From Octopus sinensis (taxonomy: Eukaryota): a stretch of DNA of 64,000 bases. The notes under the pieces are model-generated. The model saw nothing but the letters and a program-made list of their open reading frames with translations. It did no database searches and was not told the DNA's origin. The translations under genes and the position numbers were made by a program. The DNA is taken from NCBI RefSeq assembly GCF_006345805.1, contig NC_043009.1, positions 56,792,001 to 56,856,000 on the forward strand, read 5' to 3'. Position 1 is the first letter of the stretch. Each line of letters begins with the position of its first letter. Positions 1-12,625 of the stretch are shown here, one piece after another.

Positions 1-149
1 ATACATCAGCACCATCTATTGCTAAACTAAATAATGAACTTTCTCATCATTTGTTTTATTGCTGCTATTTCTTTAATTTTGAATTAAGATCGCTTTCATT
101 TTAGCAAATTTTATAACACGGCCTATATATAGCCGAAAATAAAGTTATA

Positions 150-282
150 ATTTTGCGCACGCGCATAACTCAAAATCCTAACGTGCTAAGAACAATTCTG
201 AGTGCGGATTCGGAATCAGCACCTTCAATTTAGTCTAAATCACCTGCTTTTACCCCAGTTGCAGAATCTTTGTTGTCCAGTG
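150..282 (-). mobile_element. Possible terminal fragment of a CAC-ended DNA transposon (Chapaev3/Transib-like)
   Basis: Minus strand begins CACTGGACAACAAAG at 282, flanked by TTA; the partner end is not in the window. Family assignment rests only on the terminal motif. Confidence 0.3.
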
Positions 283-605
283 TTATTAAAGCAATTTGGT
301 GTGTACAAGCACACACTTGGAACAAAATACAGCCGAAATAGGTTTCTTGCAGAAGGAACGTAGTTTCATTATTCGTTCACTACAAATTATGCCCATATCT
401 GGAAAAGTAACCATCTACAAGACTTTGAAAGGTAAATGGTGGTACACAGGACGTTCAAGGACATAAAGCAATGTAGCATAGTATTTCTATCTTCATCCTT
501 TTCTTACAAACTCACGATAGAGTTGGGTGGGATGCAGACATAAAATCCAATTAAGGAACGAAAAGGTTTATGGGTACGCGTGTTGACTTTTATGAATGCA
601 CAGAT

Positions 606-655
<50 letters not shown>

Positions 656-823
656 CGTGTGTGTACGTGTGTGTACGTGCGTGTGTGGGTTTACGTGTGT
701 GGGGGTGTACGTGTATGTGTGTGTGTGTATAAAGCAATGTGCGCGCGAAGATATATGAGTGTATATGAGGGCATATGTATTTGTGTGTGTGTGTGTGAGT
801 GAAATTGTGTGTAAGTGTATGTA

Positions 824-871
<48 letters not shown>
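606..871. repeat. Compound (GT)n microsatellite
   Basis: Directly visible GT dinucleotide runs. Confidence 0.95.
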
Positions 872-872
<1 letters not shown>

Positions 873-1420
873 CTTATGCATTTTTTAATAAAAAATGAGA
901 ACATTACTCCATTACAAAAAAACTGTATTCATCAGATGAAACATAATTTTACAAATAAATGAATACCCGAAGAATGCAGCAGGGACATGGCTAAAATCTG
1001 CCGAGACTAACCATGAAATGGGAGAATGATCGACAAAACAGCCTTCTTTTCAACCACATCTAATGTTAGATAGTCATTCTTTAATATTGACATAATTCAA
1101 GTTAACATAATTTCTCTATAATCCAATTGTCTACACACTTTAATAAATATCCATATGCCGCGTTACGGAAAAAAACAAATACATACACTGGACTGAAACC
1201 GATCGAATTCTTCTAAATGTTGCTACTCACATCTTTGTTTTTGCTTGAATTTGGCAAATTCATAAATGCATACTTTTGAAATTTAGTTGAAATTAATTTG
1301 CCTTGCCCGGTTTGTTATGCATTATAGAATCTCATAAAAAATTTTCAAACCTTCTTCTTAATAAACAAGCTCTCTTGATTTCAAGTTGTATGAAACAGAC
1401 CTATGACAGATTAAGATCCC
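871..1420 (-). mobile_element. PLE-like repeat, copy 1 (related to 3592-4130); HHR truncated by (CA)n
   Basis: Colinear similarity to 3600-4130. Minus strand has CTGATGA...GAAAC running straight into CACACA. Confidence 0.6.
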
Positions 1421-1679
1421 TACAGAGTGCGTGAATGTGTGCGTGTGTGTATGTGCGTGTGTGTGTATGTGCGTGTGTGTGCTATTCTGCCTGAAGGCTG
1501 TAGGTGTATAGCGTGGAGAATCTTAAGTAGTTTATATACTGACAACAAAAGAAACTTTCTACCAGAATACTGTATCATACACACACACACACGCACACAC
1601 ACACAGATATACAATTGGATGTACATGCAGATGTACATATATGTGTGTGTGTATACAAATATATATATAAGTATATGTG

Positions 1680-1760
<81 letters not shown>

Positions 1761-1763
1761 GTA

Positions 1764-1925
1764 GTGAGAATTTACAAAAAACAAAAGATGAAGACGGGTG
1801 TGTAAACAACAGACAGATGTATTAGTTTAACGCTCGGAAAGTGAGAAAGTCTTTTACATTTCGAGCCTACGCTCTTCGATAGAAAGGAACACAGAAATAA
1901 ACAGGGAGAGAAAATAAAAAAAGGT
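1764..1925 (-). mobile_element. Short HHR-bearing element, diverged subfamily of the 28531/45373/54351 family
   Basis: Shares aaacaaaaga..gaag..ggtg, tgtattagt and ttcgagcctacgctcttc. Decayed HHR at 1850-1887 (minus: CCTTT CTATCGAA GAGC GTAG GCTC GAAAT GTA AAAGA). Confidence 0.65.
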
Positions 1926-2047
1926 TTAGTAGCTAGCGATCTATCATGGCGAATGTACACACACAGGCACACACACACACACCACACACACACACACACC
2001 ACACACACACACACAAGCATGCAAACATACAAATACAGAAGTAACTC

Positions 2048-2049
<2 letters not shown>

Positions 2050-2144
<95 letters not shown>

Positions 2145-2160
2145 ACATATATATATATAA
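2050..2160. repeat. (TA)n microsatellite
   Basis: Directly visible. Confidence 0.95.
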
Positions 2161-2250
2161 GACAATCTATGGAGGGGAGAGCGAAAACATTGAAGTACTT
2201 GGTACCTACAAATGTGTATATGCATATGTACATATGTATGTGTGCGTATG

Positions 2251-2298
<48 letters not shown>

Positions 2299-2313
2299 CA
2301 TACATACATATGC

Positions 2314-2355
<42 letters not shown>

Positions 2356-2358
2356 GTG

Positions 2359-2432
<74 letters not shown>

Positions 2433-3084
2433 GCGTATTATGCATGTATGATATATATATATATATATCTGCTTGTACGTATGTATGTATATATATGTAT
2501 GTATGAGTTAGTTCCGGTATACATTTGCCCACCACTTTCAACAGCGTTGATTATGATTCACCTTAAACACAACAAATCTCCTACCAAAGGGCGTAGCAAT
2601 GAAACTGAGATCAAATGACACTTAACACTACCATCGACGTCACTATCGTGTTTTGTTTTTGTTTTTTGTGTTTTATATTTACATAAGAGTATATATGTAT
2701 GTGCGTGTGTGTTTCAGGGAAACGTATACAGTGGGAGTGCATATAAGTGAGTTACTTGTATATTTGTATGTTTACATGCTTGTGTCCGCGCGCACGTGCC
2801 TGTGCCTGAGTTTGTGTAAGTCTTGGCTTGTTTGTACGTTTCCCTATACATAAATATTTTGTGTATATATGTGTGTGCATGTGTGTGTGTGTGAGTATTT
2901 TGTGTTATTGCCTTTATGCATGTATTTTGTAAGCACGTTCTTATATATAACTTTTTTTTGTTTTGTTAAAGCATCTGGTTATATGTGTATATATTTCCAT
3001 ATTTTGTATGTGTGCATGCTTACGCATTCGCGTATGTTATATTATGCATTTAAACTCCATCCTGTCAACACCTCAAATGTAAAA

Positions 3085-3176
3085 TTCTCCCCTGAAGACG
3101 GAGGCGGTGTTATCCGATAATGGATCCAAGTAACTATCATTATTCCGGACCACCAAGCCGCTAGAAACAGTTGTTG
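3085..3176 (+). ncRNA. Degenerate type I hammerhead motif
   Basis: CTGAAGA, long GC-containing stem II (ggcgg/ccgct), GAAAC AGTT GTT; stem I only 2 bp. Confidence 0.35.
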
Positions 3177-3591
3177 GACTAACCATTTAATTCCTGATAT
3201 CATTTATATTCTGTAACTCAGACTAAATTATATCCATACACATGAATATATATATATATATATATATATCAATAAATGGTGGGGTTATATATATATATAT
3301 ATATAGTAAAATAAGCATTCAGATAGAATCAGGTACTTGAAAAGATATGCACTTAGCAGGGTTGGATAAACCTGTGGTTCCGGCCTATACTTAGTAATTA
3401 CCAAATAGGATATTCCGGTTGAGTACACAGAGAAAACCAACCCTATGAGTATTTAGTGCCTAGGGCTTGTCCAAAGCACGTGTTACGTTGAATTGTACAT
3501 TGTTGGTATACTCTAGAGTGTCCGACAAGTTGTAAATCCCCTTGGTGTATTATAATCAAATGAATAATAACAGACGATAGATAAATGACAG

Positions 3592-3675
3592 CTCACTACA
3601 GCTATTTCTTACGCATTTGTTAATAAAAAATGAGAACATACTCGCTTTACCAAAAAACCGTATTCATCAGATGAA
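3592..3675 (-). ncRNA. Type I hammerhead ribozyme motif
   Basis: Minus: TTCAT CTGATGA a-TACG..CGTA-a GAAAT AGCT GTA GTGAG. Stem I 5 bp with two G-U pairs; near-palindromic stem III. Confidence 0.65.
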
Positions 3676-4130
3676 ACAATTTTAATAATAAAAGAATACC
3701 CGAAGAATACACCTAATTTTAGATAATCATTAATCAATATTGACATAATTCAAGTTTATATAATTTCTCTATAATCCAATCGTCTAAATTTTGTAATAGC
3801 TCATAGGTTAATGAATATCCCTTTGCTGCGCTACGGAATAAAACAAATACATACACTGGACTGAATCAGATCAAATTCTTCTAAATGTTGCTACTCACAA
3901 CATCTTTGTTTTTGCTTGAATTTGGCAAATTCTTAAATGTATACTTTTGAAATTTAGTTGAAATTAATTTGCCTTGCCAGACATGCAAACAACCCAAAAA
4001 GCCCGGTTTGTTATGCATTATAGAATCATATAAAATATTTTCAAACCTTCTTCTCCCTAATAAACAAGCTCTCTTGATTTCTAGTTGTATGAAACAGACC
4101 GATGACAGATTAAGATCCGCACAGGCCCTT
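3592..4130 (-). mobile_element. PLE-like repeat, copy 2 (possible ORF 3' remnant followed by HHR)
   Basis: Similar to 871-1420. The HHR lies about 200 nt downstream of the stop of open frame 3881-4234; protein homology of that frame is unconfirmed. Confidence 0.55.
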
Positions 4131-4375
4131 ATACACTTAAAAGATTTTGGTGATCCACCCCCATATATACGTAATTCAAAGTAAAAAAAATAATAAATCA
4201 TATAATAATCTTTTATATTTTCAAAATGAAACAAAACAGGAACATGGAAAATCTTGTGTATTTTTGTATACTTATACTTTATTTACATTTGAAAAGTTTT
4301 CTCCTCCTTTCCTTAATTGCAAAGTTGTTGTTTTTTTATTAGATCTTCAAACACTATGAAGACTTCAAAAATATA

Positions 4376-5620
4376 TTGGGTTATCCCATAAATAATGCAG
4401 TTTTTTTCAATTCATTGAACTAAAAGTCGGAGGGGGTGGGATAAACTACCTGCATCAACTTGCTATAAAAGCAGGTACTAATTTTACCTTTTACTTATTC
4501 TTAGTGCAAGTTTTGAAGAGTGCAGTTCGATTTTAACAGCCATTTTTTTCAAGCTATAATAGAAGTGACAAAGGAGCATATTCGGCATATTTTACCTTAT
4601 GAGTTCAATAAAGGCAACAACGCAACGGAAAGTGCGAGGAATACTGATGCAGTATATGGGGATCGGACAATAAGCGTAAGCCAGTGTCAACGCTGGTTCC
4701 AGAAATTCCAAGTCGGAAACTACAGCCTAGAAGACGATCCTCGTCCTGGAAGATCTGTAGAACTCGACGAGGACGTCCTACAAACCCTGGTGGAACAAAA
4801 ACATCCCGTCGTAACTGTTGAGGAACTAGCAGAGAAGCTTGGATTTGGTCATTCAACCATACATCGACACCTGCGTGCCATTGGAAAAGTCAGTGAATTG
4901 GGTCAATGGATTCCTCACAAACTTTCCGAGTCTAATTGCGCGCAGAGCGCGAATGTGTGCTCTTCTTTGCTGGCACGTCTCACGAATGAACCTTTTTTGG
5001 ACCGAATAGTGACTGGTGACGAGAAATGGGTTCCTTATAAAAATGGCAAGCGCTGAAGACAGTGAGTAGTGAAGGAGAAACACCAACACCCCAGGCTAAA
5101 AGGTCTTCACTCAAGTAAGGTGTTATCTGTTTGATGGGATATGAAAGGTTTAGTCCACTTCGAACTTTTAAACCTAAACCAAACGATAACAAAGGTGATC
5201 TACTGCGAGCAGCTTCAGTGGCTTAAATCAGCACCAGAAGAAAAACGAGCAACTTTGGTTTCAAGACGAAAGGTATTTTTTCATCTGGATAATGCTCAGC
5301 CTCATACAACGAAGATGACATTTCAAAGGCCGGAGCAGTTTGAATGGTAAACGATGCTTCGCCCACCATATTCGCCGAACATTGCCCCATCTGATTATTA
5401 TTTATTCCGCAGTCTTCAAAAACATTTGGGCGGAAAAAATATGAATTCTGTAAACCAGGTCAGAACAGTAGTGGAGTATTTTTCATCACGGACAAGTGAA
5501 TTTTGGAAGAGGTGCCTTGCAAGTCTACCAGATAGATGGAAGAGCATTGTAAAAAATGAAGGAGAGTATTTTTGGGATTAAAAAAGTATAAAAGACCGCA
5601 TTATTTATGGGATGACCCAA
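4376..5620 (+). mobile_element. Full-length mariner (Tc1/mariner, D,D34D) transposon
   Basis: 25-bp TIRs ttgggttatcccataaataatgcag and (rev-comp) ttgggtcatcccataaataatgcgg with 2 mismatches; TA duplications at 4374-4375 and 5621-5622; 1245 bp. Confidence 0.95.
4558..5581 (+). pseudogene. Mariner transposase pseudogene
   Basis: HTH region, WIPHKL (WVPHEL), VTGDEKW, HLDNAQPH and PPYSPNIAPSDYYLF, with 34 residues between the 2nd and 3rd D. Start apparently ATG>ATA; several stops and compensating frameshifts at 5054-5135 plus a stop at 5348. Confidence 0.93.
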
Positions 5621-5967
5621 TATTTCCAATCATATAAACAACTTGGAATATTATTTTAGAAAGTTCAAAGTGATCGCTTTTGTACTGTAAACCATTTACC
5701 ATTTCTGCCCCCCCCCCACCTCCACCTTTCTCTAGTGATCGAAGCACGTGCTTATATTGCTGAATGCTTGATCCAACACTGACTTATAAGAGTGAATTCT
5801 TATGTTTGATTGAATTTTAGTACAATTAGATATATGGATTTTTTAAAATACATTTCGCATTTTTATAGTAATTCAAACAAGATCTACCTAAAACAAATCC
5901 CAGGGAGAAAATGAAAAGCATTCTTAAATTTCTATTTAGTCGATTTCTAAAATAAAGATGATATTTA

Positions 5968-6170
5968 TTTTTTACTTGTTTCAGTCACTAGACTGTGGCC
6001 ATGCTGGGACACCGCCTTGAAGTTTGTAACTGACTGTATTGACCCCCAATACATTTTTTCTTTTAAGACCAGTATTCATTCTATCAGCCTCTTATGGAAA
6101 GCCGTTAAGATACAGGAACGTAAACAAACCAACACACCAGTTGTCAAGCAGTGGTAGGGGACAAACACAG
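5968..6170 (-). mobile_element. SINE family A, 3' fragment (old)
   Basis: ttttacttgtttcagtca..gactgtggccatgctgg matches the 3' end of the intact copy at 15034-15458. Confidence 0.75.
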
Positions 6171-6536
6171 ATATATATATATATATAGTACAAAGTAAGA
6201 TAGGGGTTATGAAAGTAACCCACTATGGGATATCAGTTATCCAATATACTGGTGGTAAAGTACCCAAATACTAAATACATAAATGCTTATAATTGCAATG
6301 CAATTAATTCATTTATTGTATTGAATGGGTGAAAGTAAAAAATATTTTACCGTAAATTCATAATACAAATAAGAAAATGGAGAAACAAATTCATTTCGAT
6401 CATCAACTTACGGATATTACAATTTCACATTATTTATCAATTATACAAATGGGAACATGAAAATCGAACAAAACAATATACATCAATATGTAAAATAATA
6501 ATAAAAATAAAAATAAAAATAATACAAATAAACTGC

Positions 6537-6655
6537 TCCTTACAGCTGTTTCAGCCTATGGTCAAGAGTCAATCCAACTTAAATTGCCTATAGATGCCAT
6601 TGTAATATAGTCCTAGGCATTAAAGATTATATTTGTATATAATCTCGTCAGAGGA
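6537..6655 (-). ncRNA. Type I hammerhead motif with expanded (~92 nt) stem II region
   Basis: Minus: TCCT CTGACGA GATTATAT ACAA ATATAATC ... GAAAC AGCT GTA AGGA. Core intact, stem I 4 bp, palindromic stem III. Confidence 0.6.
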
Positions 6656-6759
6656 TATACATAACTAGAGAAGTATAATAATAATATCGATATATAAAAA
6701 ACATGCTTCACATACGATCCAATAAAAACAAGAAAATAAATAAGACAGATATTCAAAAT

Positions 6760-6804
<45 letters not shown>

Positions 6805-6813
6805 ATATATATA

Positions 6814-6864
<51 letters not shown>

Positions 6865-8164
6865 TATTTATATATACATAAACACATATATACATATAAG
6901 ATATACAAATATACATACATATACACACATAGGCAAATCGTACACATTAATCCCATGTGCAAAAAAACATAAAGAACAACGTTGAACAAAAAATAATAAT
7001 TATATCTATTATCTTATTTTACATATACGAATTGCATTTATACATACATACACATCAAAGTATACTAAAACCAAAAAAATTAAACGATTGGTAACGCAAG
7101 CTTACATATCATTATGCAATAAGTAAACAAACAAGTATGTCCACAGAATTATTTTCCACCCACGACTTGCATTTATACATACATGCACATATATGCAAGT
7201 TTAAACCCAAAATCATTCGATGGACAACGCAGCCTTACATTATTTATGCATCACATAAACAAAACCAGCTATACATATACAATGCATACATATTCATACA
7301 AGCACACTAATCCAAACGCATATATTCATACATCCACATTTCTGCCTCAATAAATATACGGATGCCTACAGAAATTAACCCCAATAGGTATGCCTACAAT
7401 TAAACAAGGATAGATAGATATAAAAGGCAAACATTAGAAGTTCAATCCGATTGATAGATAATTATACGACAGGATTCTTTCAGTGTCCATCTACCAAATC
7501 CTGTCACAAGGCTTTGGTAGGCCCGAGTATTGTACAAAACACTTCCCAAGATGCAGTAGGACTGAAGTTGGATCTATGTGGTTGGGAAGCAAACCTCTTA
7601 CCACACAGCCTCGCCACATAAACCTCCTAATGCGACTTTTTATGTTTTTATGTTTAGCATTTCAAAATTCAAATTTAACGACACTTGACAATTTTCTTTC
7701 CTTTTGAATTCTTACTGATGGTACAAAAAAGTTCCGCAAGATATAAATTTTTCGTAAACTTTAGTAATTTAAGAAACCAGACAATAGTTTATGAGAATTT
7801 GCTTAGTTGAAAACTATAAACATTTCATCACAACAGTTTAAGGATACGTCATATCTATACGTTTCAAGTATCTTTTGTGTGTATGTGTGTGTGTAAAGCA
7901 AAGTAAATGTATTCAAAGAACATGATTAACCATCTAAAATAACAGTTTATAGCTCTACTGTAAACATGCCGGATACGCCATCCTCGCAAGCTGGGTCTTT
8001 TATCATTCACGATTTTTCAGTCCGTATCAATTTTTAGACATTTAAAAGTCTTATTCACCATTTCATAGACTTCCCCTTCTCATTTTTCTCTTTCTAAGTT
8101 TTCCCCTTCTGTTTCTTTCTATCCTTAAAAATAGTTTATACATGCAATACTCTACCAAATTAAG

Positions 8165-8574
8165 GCGGCGAACAAGCAACAATCGTTACTTAGCAGCACT
8201 TCGTTCGTCCTTCGTTCTCAGTTTAAATGCCGCCGGGGTCGACTTAGCCTTTCATCTTTTAGGTAAGATAAGATTAGTGCTGGTTGAGCATTAAGGATGA
8301 TGTAATCAGTTAGCCCACCCCTTAAAACTTTCAATGTGCCTTAAAACGTGTGCCTATAATAAAAAGGATTGAACAGGCAGAATCGTTTAGCACGCCGGGC
8401 AAAGTGCTTAGCGGCACTTAGTTCGTCTTTACATTCTGAGTTCAAATTCTGCCGAGGTTGACTTCGCCTTTCACCCTTTTGGGGTCATTAAAATAAGTAC
8501 CAGTTGAATACTGGGGTCGATGTTATCGACTTATCCCCTCCACCAAAATGACTGGCCTTGTGCCAAAATTTGAA

Positions 8575-8575
<1 letters not shown>
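8165..8575 (+). mobile_element. Two SINE family B copies in tandem
   Basis: ggcagaatcgttagcacgccggg..ttctgagttcaaattc..gtcgac..aagtaccag motif. Confidence 0.75.
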
Positions 8576-8640
<65 letters not shown>

Positions 8641-9320
8641 GCCTTTGCACAGCTTCTAACGCTGGAGATGTACTACAGTATCAGCTGTTTACTACCAGTG
8701 AACTAAGGTAACAGCTCTTATTTTTCGAGCACATTCCGGAATATTCGAGCAGTTCGAAGCAGTGCTTTTTTCTGCAAGTGCTCTACCCTTATTGCAGCCC
8801 CTATTTGTTCCACGTACTTCTCAATATTTTTGCTCATTGTTCCCAGGGCTCCGACAATTATTGGTACAACTGCTACCTTTTTCATTGACCACAACTGCTT
8901 AACTTCCCAAGCTAACCTGTCATATCTCTCGACTTTTCTTTCTTCCTTATCGCATACCTTGTTGTCAGTTGGGCATGCTATGTCTACGATCCAGCAGAGT
9001 TTGTTTTCTTTCTCAATTAAGACTATGCCCGGCTTCCTATTCGCAATCTCATAGTCGCACTGAATCATAAAATCCCATAGGATCTTTGCATTTCTATTTT
9101 CGACGATGCCTTCAGGTTTGTGGCCGTACCAATTTTTTGCTCTGTCAAATCCATACTTGTTGCAAAGTGTCCAATGGACAAGCCTGGCTATATTGTCGTG
9201 GCGTCTCTTATTTTCCTTCTGGTCTAGTGGCGTACATTGGCTGGTAATATGCCATACAGTTTCACTGTTTTGTCCACAAATTCTGCACTTATAACTTTCT
9301 GCTGTGTTGTCTATTCTATT
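8641..9320 (-). mobile_element. 5'-truncated R4/Dong-like RLE non-LTR retrotransposon with (TAA)n tail
   Basis: Frame 8718-9320 encodes CRICG..HITSQC zinc knuckle, RHD, ILWDF, RKP(G)IV..DIACP and VVPIIVGALG. 3' UTR runs into (AAT)n at 8575-8640. Confidence 0.88.
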
Positions 9321-9478
9321 TATTGAACCCAATGCTTCAATGACAATAGGGATACCTTTATGTTTGACTCTCATAGCTGCCACATCTTAGCGATCTCAAC
9401 TCTCAGGTCTCCATATTTATCAACCTCTACTCTTTCTTTCATGATGATATGTTGGTATCCTGGCACTGCCACGTCAAT
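9321..9478 (-). mobile_element. Fragment of a second RLE element lineage fused to the previous one
   Basis: Translates IIDVAVPGYQHIIMKER..DKYGDLRVEIAKMW..(fs)..IPIVIEALGSI, i.e. the RLE C-terminal block again with a different sequence. Confidence 0.75.
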
Positions 9479-9809
9479 TATTATTATTATTATTCAAATT
9501 CTGCTGAGGTCAACTTTAACTCTCATCCTTTTGGCGTCGATAATTTAAGTACCAATGTAATCGATTAGTCCCCTCCCTCGAAATTTCAGGCCTTGTGCCT
9601 TTAGTAGAAAGGATTCGCTGGACAAGATGCTTAGCAACATTTCATCCGTCTTTACTTTCTGAGTTCAAATCCTGCCGAGGTCGACTTTCCCTTTTATCCT
9701 TTCGGGGTCGATAAATTAAGCACCAGTGAAACACCGGGGTTGATGTAATGGATTAGTCTCCTCACTCCAAATTTCAGGCCTTGTGCTTTTAGCAGAAAGG
9801 ATTATTATT

Positions 9810-9831
9810 ATTATTATTATTATCATTATTA

Positions 9832-9863
<32 letters not shown>

Positions 9864-9897
9864 TATATTATTATTATTATTAATATTATTATTATTA

Positions 9898-9985
<88 letters not shown>

Positions 9986-10118
9986 TATTTTATCATTATC
10001 ATTATTTTTTTTATTATTATTTTTTATTGTATTTTTTTTATTGATTATTATCATTATCTTATTATCATTATCATTATCATTATTTATTATTCTTATTATT
10101 ATTATTATTATTATATTA

Positions 10119-10157
<39 letters not shown>
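9810..10157. repeat. (TAT)n microsatellite
   Basis: Directly visible. Confidence 0.95.
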
Positions 10158-10709
10158 GAGTGAGAGAGCAGTTCATGCCATCAAAGTGACACTGGTGTAA
10201 AATATACGAAGCCCAATATACCCATCATGACTACCCGTCTGATAAAGGTACACCAGGCACATGCATCACAACCATATGTGCGCGACATGGTGATCTTATA
10301 TCAAGATAAACAGCACATGACCTTGCAGGTGGGGCCCAATTAGAATTTTCTTCAGGTTGAGTAGCCCATCCCGCTCAAACGGTCCCTGAATAAGGGTTGT
10401 TTAAGGATGTTGAAAGAACCACCCATGTTTCCAGAGGTGAACTATTCAAACCCCAAGAATCCCTCTCAACACATGGCTATGATGCTCCCCCACTACTTCT
10501 GCTCGTGATCAGAGATGCACATATCGTCAGCCACTAAGGGACATGCTCAACTGGTTAAGGTCAAACAACTGACAAGCAAATCTGTGGTATTGAGCAGAAT
10601 ATTTGCTGTAGCCCATCTTTTATACCAAGACAAAACATGTACATGATAACACTTCCAATCAGTTAAGATCAGAAGCCATGAGAGCCACTGCCTGGTACTG
10701 CATCAGGGC

Positions 10710-10711
<2 letters not shown>
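10158..10711 (-). mobile_element. 554-bp non-coding element embedded in (TAA)n on both sides
   Basis: Complex sequence sharply bounded by TAT repeats on both sides, no ORF. Orientation inferred only from the tail-like repeat. Confidence 0.55.
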
Positions 10712-10765
<54 letters not shown>

Positions 10766-11654
10766 GGCATTTCGCCCGTCTTTACGTTCTGTGTTCAAAT
10801 TTCGCCGAGGTCGATTTTGCTTTTATCCTTTCGGGGTCGATAAATTAAGTACCAATGAAACATTGGATCGATGTAATCAATTATTCCCCTCCCACCAAAT
10901 GTCAGGCTTTGTGCCTTTAGTAGAAAGGATTATTATTATTATTATTATTTATTGACAGAGAATGCCGATAAATAATAACAACAGGAGCATAAAACTCTTG
11001 GTCCTTATGTTACTTTTTAACTTCTACTGTTTAAAAATATTAAAAATATATGTACTATTTAACCTGCTTGTTCTATCAACCTTGTGTATGTGTGCGTGTG
11101 TGTGTAGATAAGTATATATGAATGTTTATATGTGTATATAAAAAAACTGGTACTTCGTCAGTTACAACGATGTGTGTTCCTGTTAATCCGTTCAATGGAA
11201 CAGCCTGCACGTGAAATTAATATGTATGTGGCTGAGCACTCCACACCCTTAACGTAGTTCACGGTGAGACATGTCTGGCCCTTGAAATAAAGTACACAAC
11301 ACACCGCCGGGAATTGAACTCACGATCTTATTGACCGTGAGCCGATACGCTAACCATTAAGCCACGCGCCTTCACTCAATACATGTTTGTATATATGAAT
11401 GTATATATGTATTTTTTATTCTTTTAGTTGTTTCAGTCATTTGACTGCGGCCATGCTGGAGCACCGCCTTAAATGGTATTAGTCGAAGAAATCGACCCCA
11501 GGACATCCTTTGTAAGACTAGTACTTATTCTATTGGTCTCTTTTGCCGAACCGCTAATTTACAGGGACATACGGGGGTCAAGCGATGGTGGGTGGGGGGA
11601 ACACACACACACACAAACATTTACATTTATATATACGATGGACTTCTTTCAGTT

Positions 11655-11886
11655 TCTTATTTCTTTATTGCCCACAAGGGGCTAAACATAGAGGGGACGA
11701 ACAAGGATAGACAAGGAGATTAAGTCGATTACATCGAGCTCAGTGCGTAATTGATACTTATTTAATCGACCCCGAAAGGATAAAAGGCGAAGTCGACCTC
11801 GGCGGAATTTGAACTTAGAACGTAACGGCAGACGAAATACGGCTACGCATTTCGCCCGGCGTGTTAACATTTCTGCCAGCTCGCCA
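11655..11886 (-). mobile_element. SINE family B
   Basis: Reverse complement of the 55011-55243 copy. Confidence 0.85.
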
Positions 11887-12395
11887 GCTTTTCCTTCAGT
11901 TTCCGCGTACCAGATCCTCTCACAAGGTTTTGGTCGACCCAAGGTGCTACGCAGTGGGACTGAACCCGGAATCATGTGGTTAGTAAGCAAGATTCTTACC
12001 GCACAGCCACTCAAGCATGGCTGTATGTATGTATTTATGTATAGAAGATTATTTGTGTCAACATATATTTCTATGTGTTTATTTGTATGCGTTGTGTCTT
12101 TCATCTTTTTTTAATGAATCGAATTCTTTCTATAATGAAACAGATGTTTCTTAACAAAGGAATGGTGCATCATCACTGGAATTTAGATAATAACAACAGT
12201 GTCGAGTTACGTACTAAACACTCGTATAATTTTACAGTTTCTCCTCTATTAACATAGTTTGTGTTAGACAGACTCATTTTCACATTTGTTTTTACCTGAA
12301 AATTACCACTTCGTAAGATTATCGCGTAAATGATTTAGCAAAGTAGATAAGGGAAGAATTGATTACAGACACAAATGTGTTATATATATATATAT

Positions 12396-12592
12396 CTCTT
12401 TCTCTTTCTCTTTTACTTGTTTCAGTCATTTGACTACGCCTTTAGTCGAGCAAATCGACCCCGGGACTTATTCTTTGTAAGCCCAGTACTTATTCTATCG
12501 GTCCCTTTTTTGCCGAAACGCTAAGTGACGGGGACGTAAACACACCAGCATCGTTGTCAAGCAATGCTAGGGGGACAAACACAGACACACAA

Positions 12593-12625
<33 letters not shown>

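Noticed and set aside
504-2541. Many long ORFs rich in HT, CV, YI repeats (also at 6665, 26465, 35452, 41331, 45504, 49939, 60986 and others)
   Set aside because: They are translations of (CA)n, (TA)n and (GA)n microsatellites, which lack stops in some frames.
10158-10711. Possible HDV-like ribozyme at the element end, and CTGAAGA/CTGACGA strings inside it
   Set aside because: No P1 partner for an HDV fold, and no properly placed GAAA-stem III-UH for a hammerhead.
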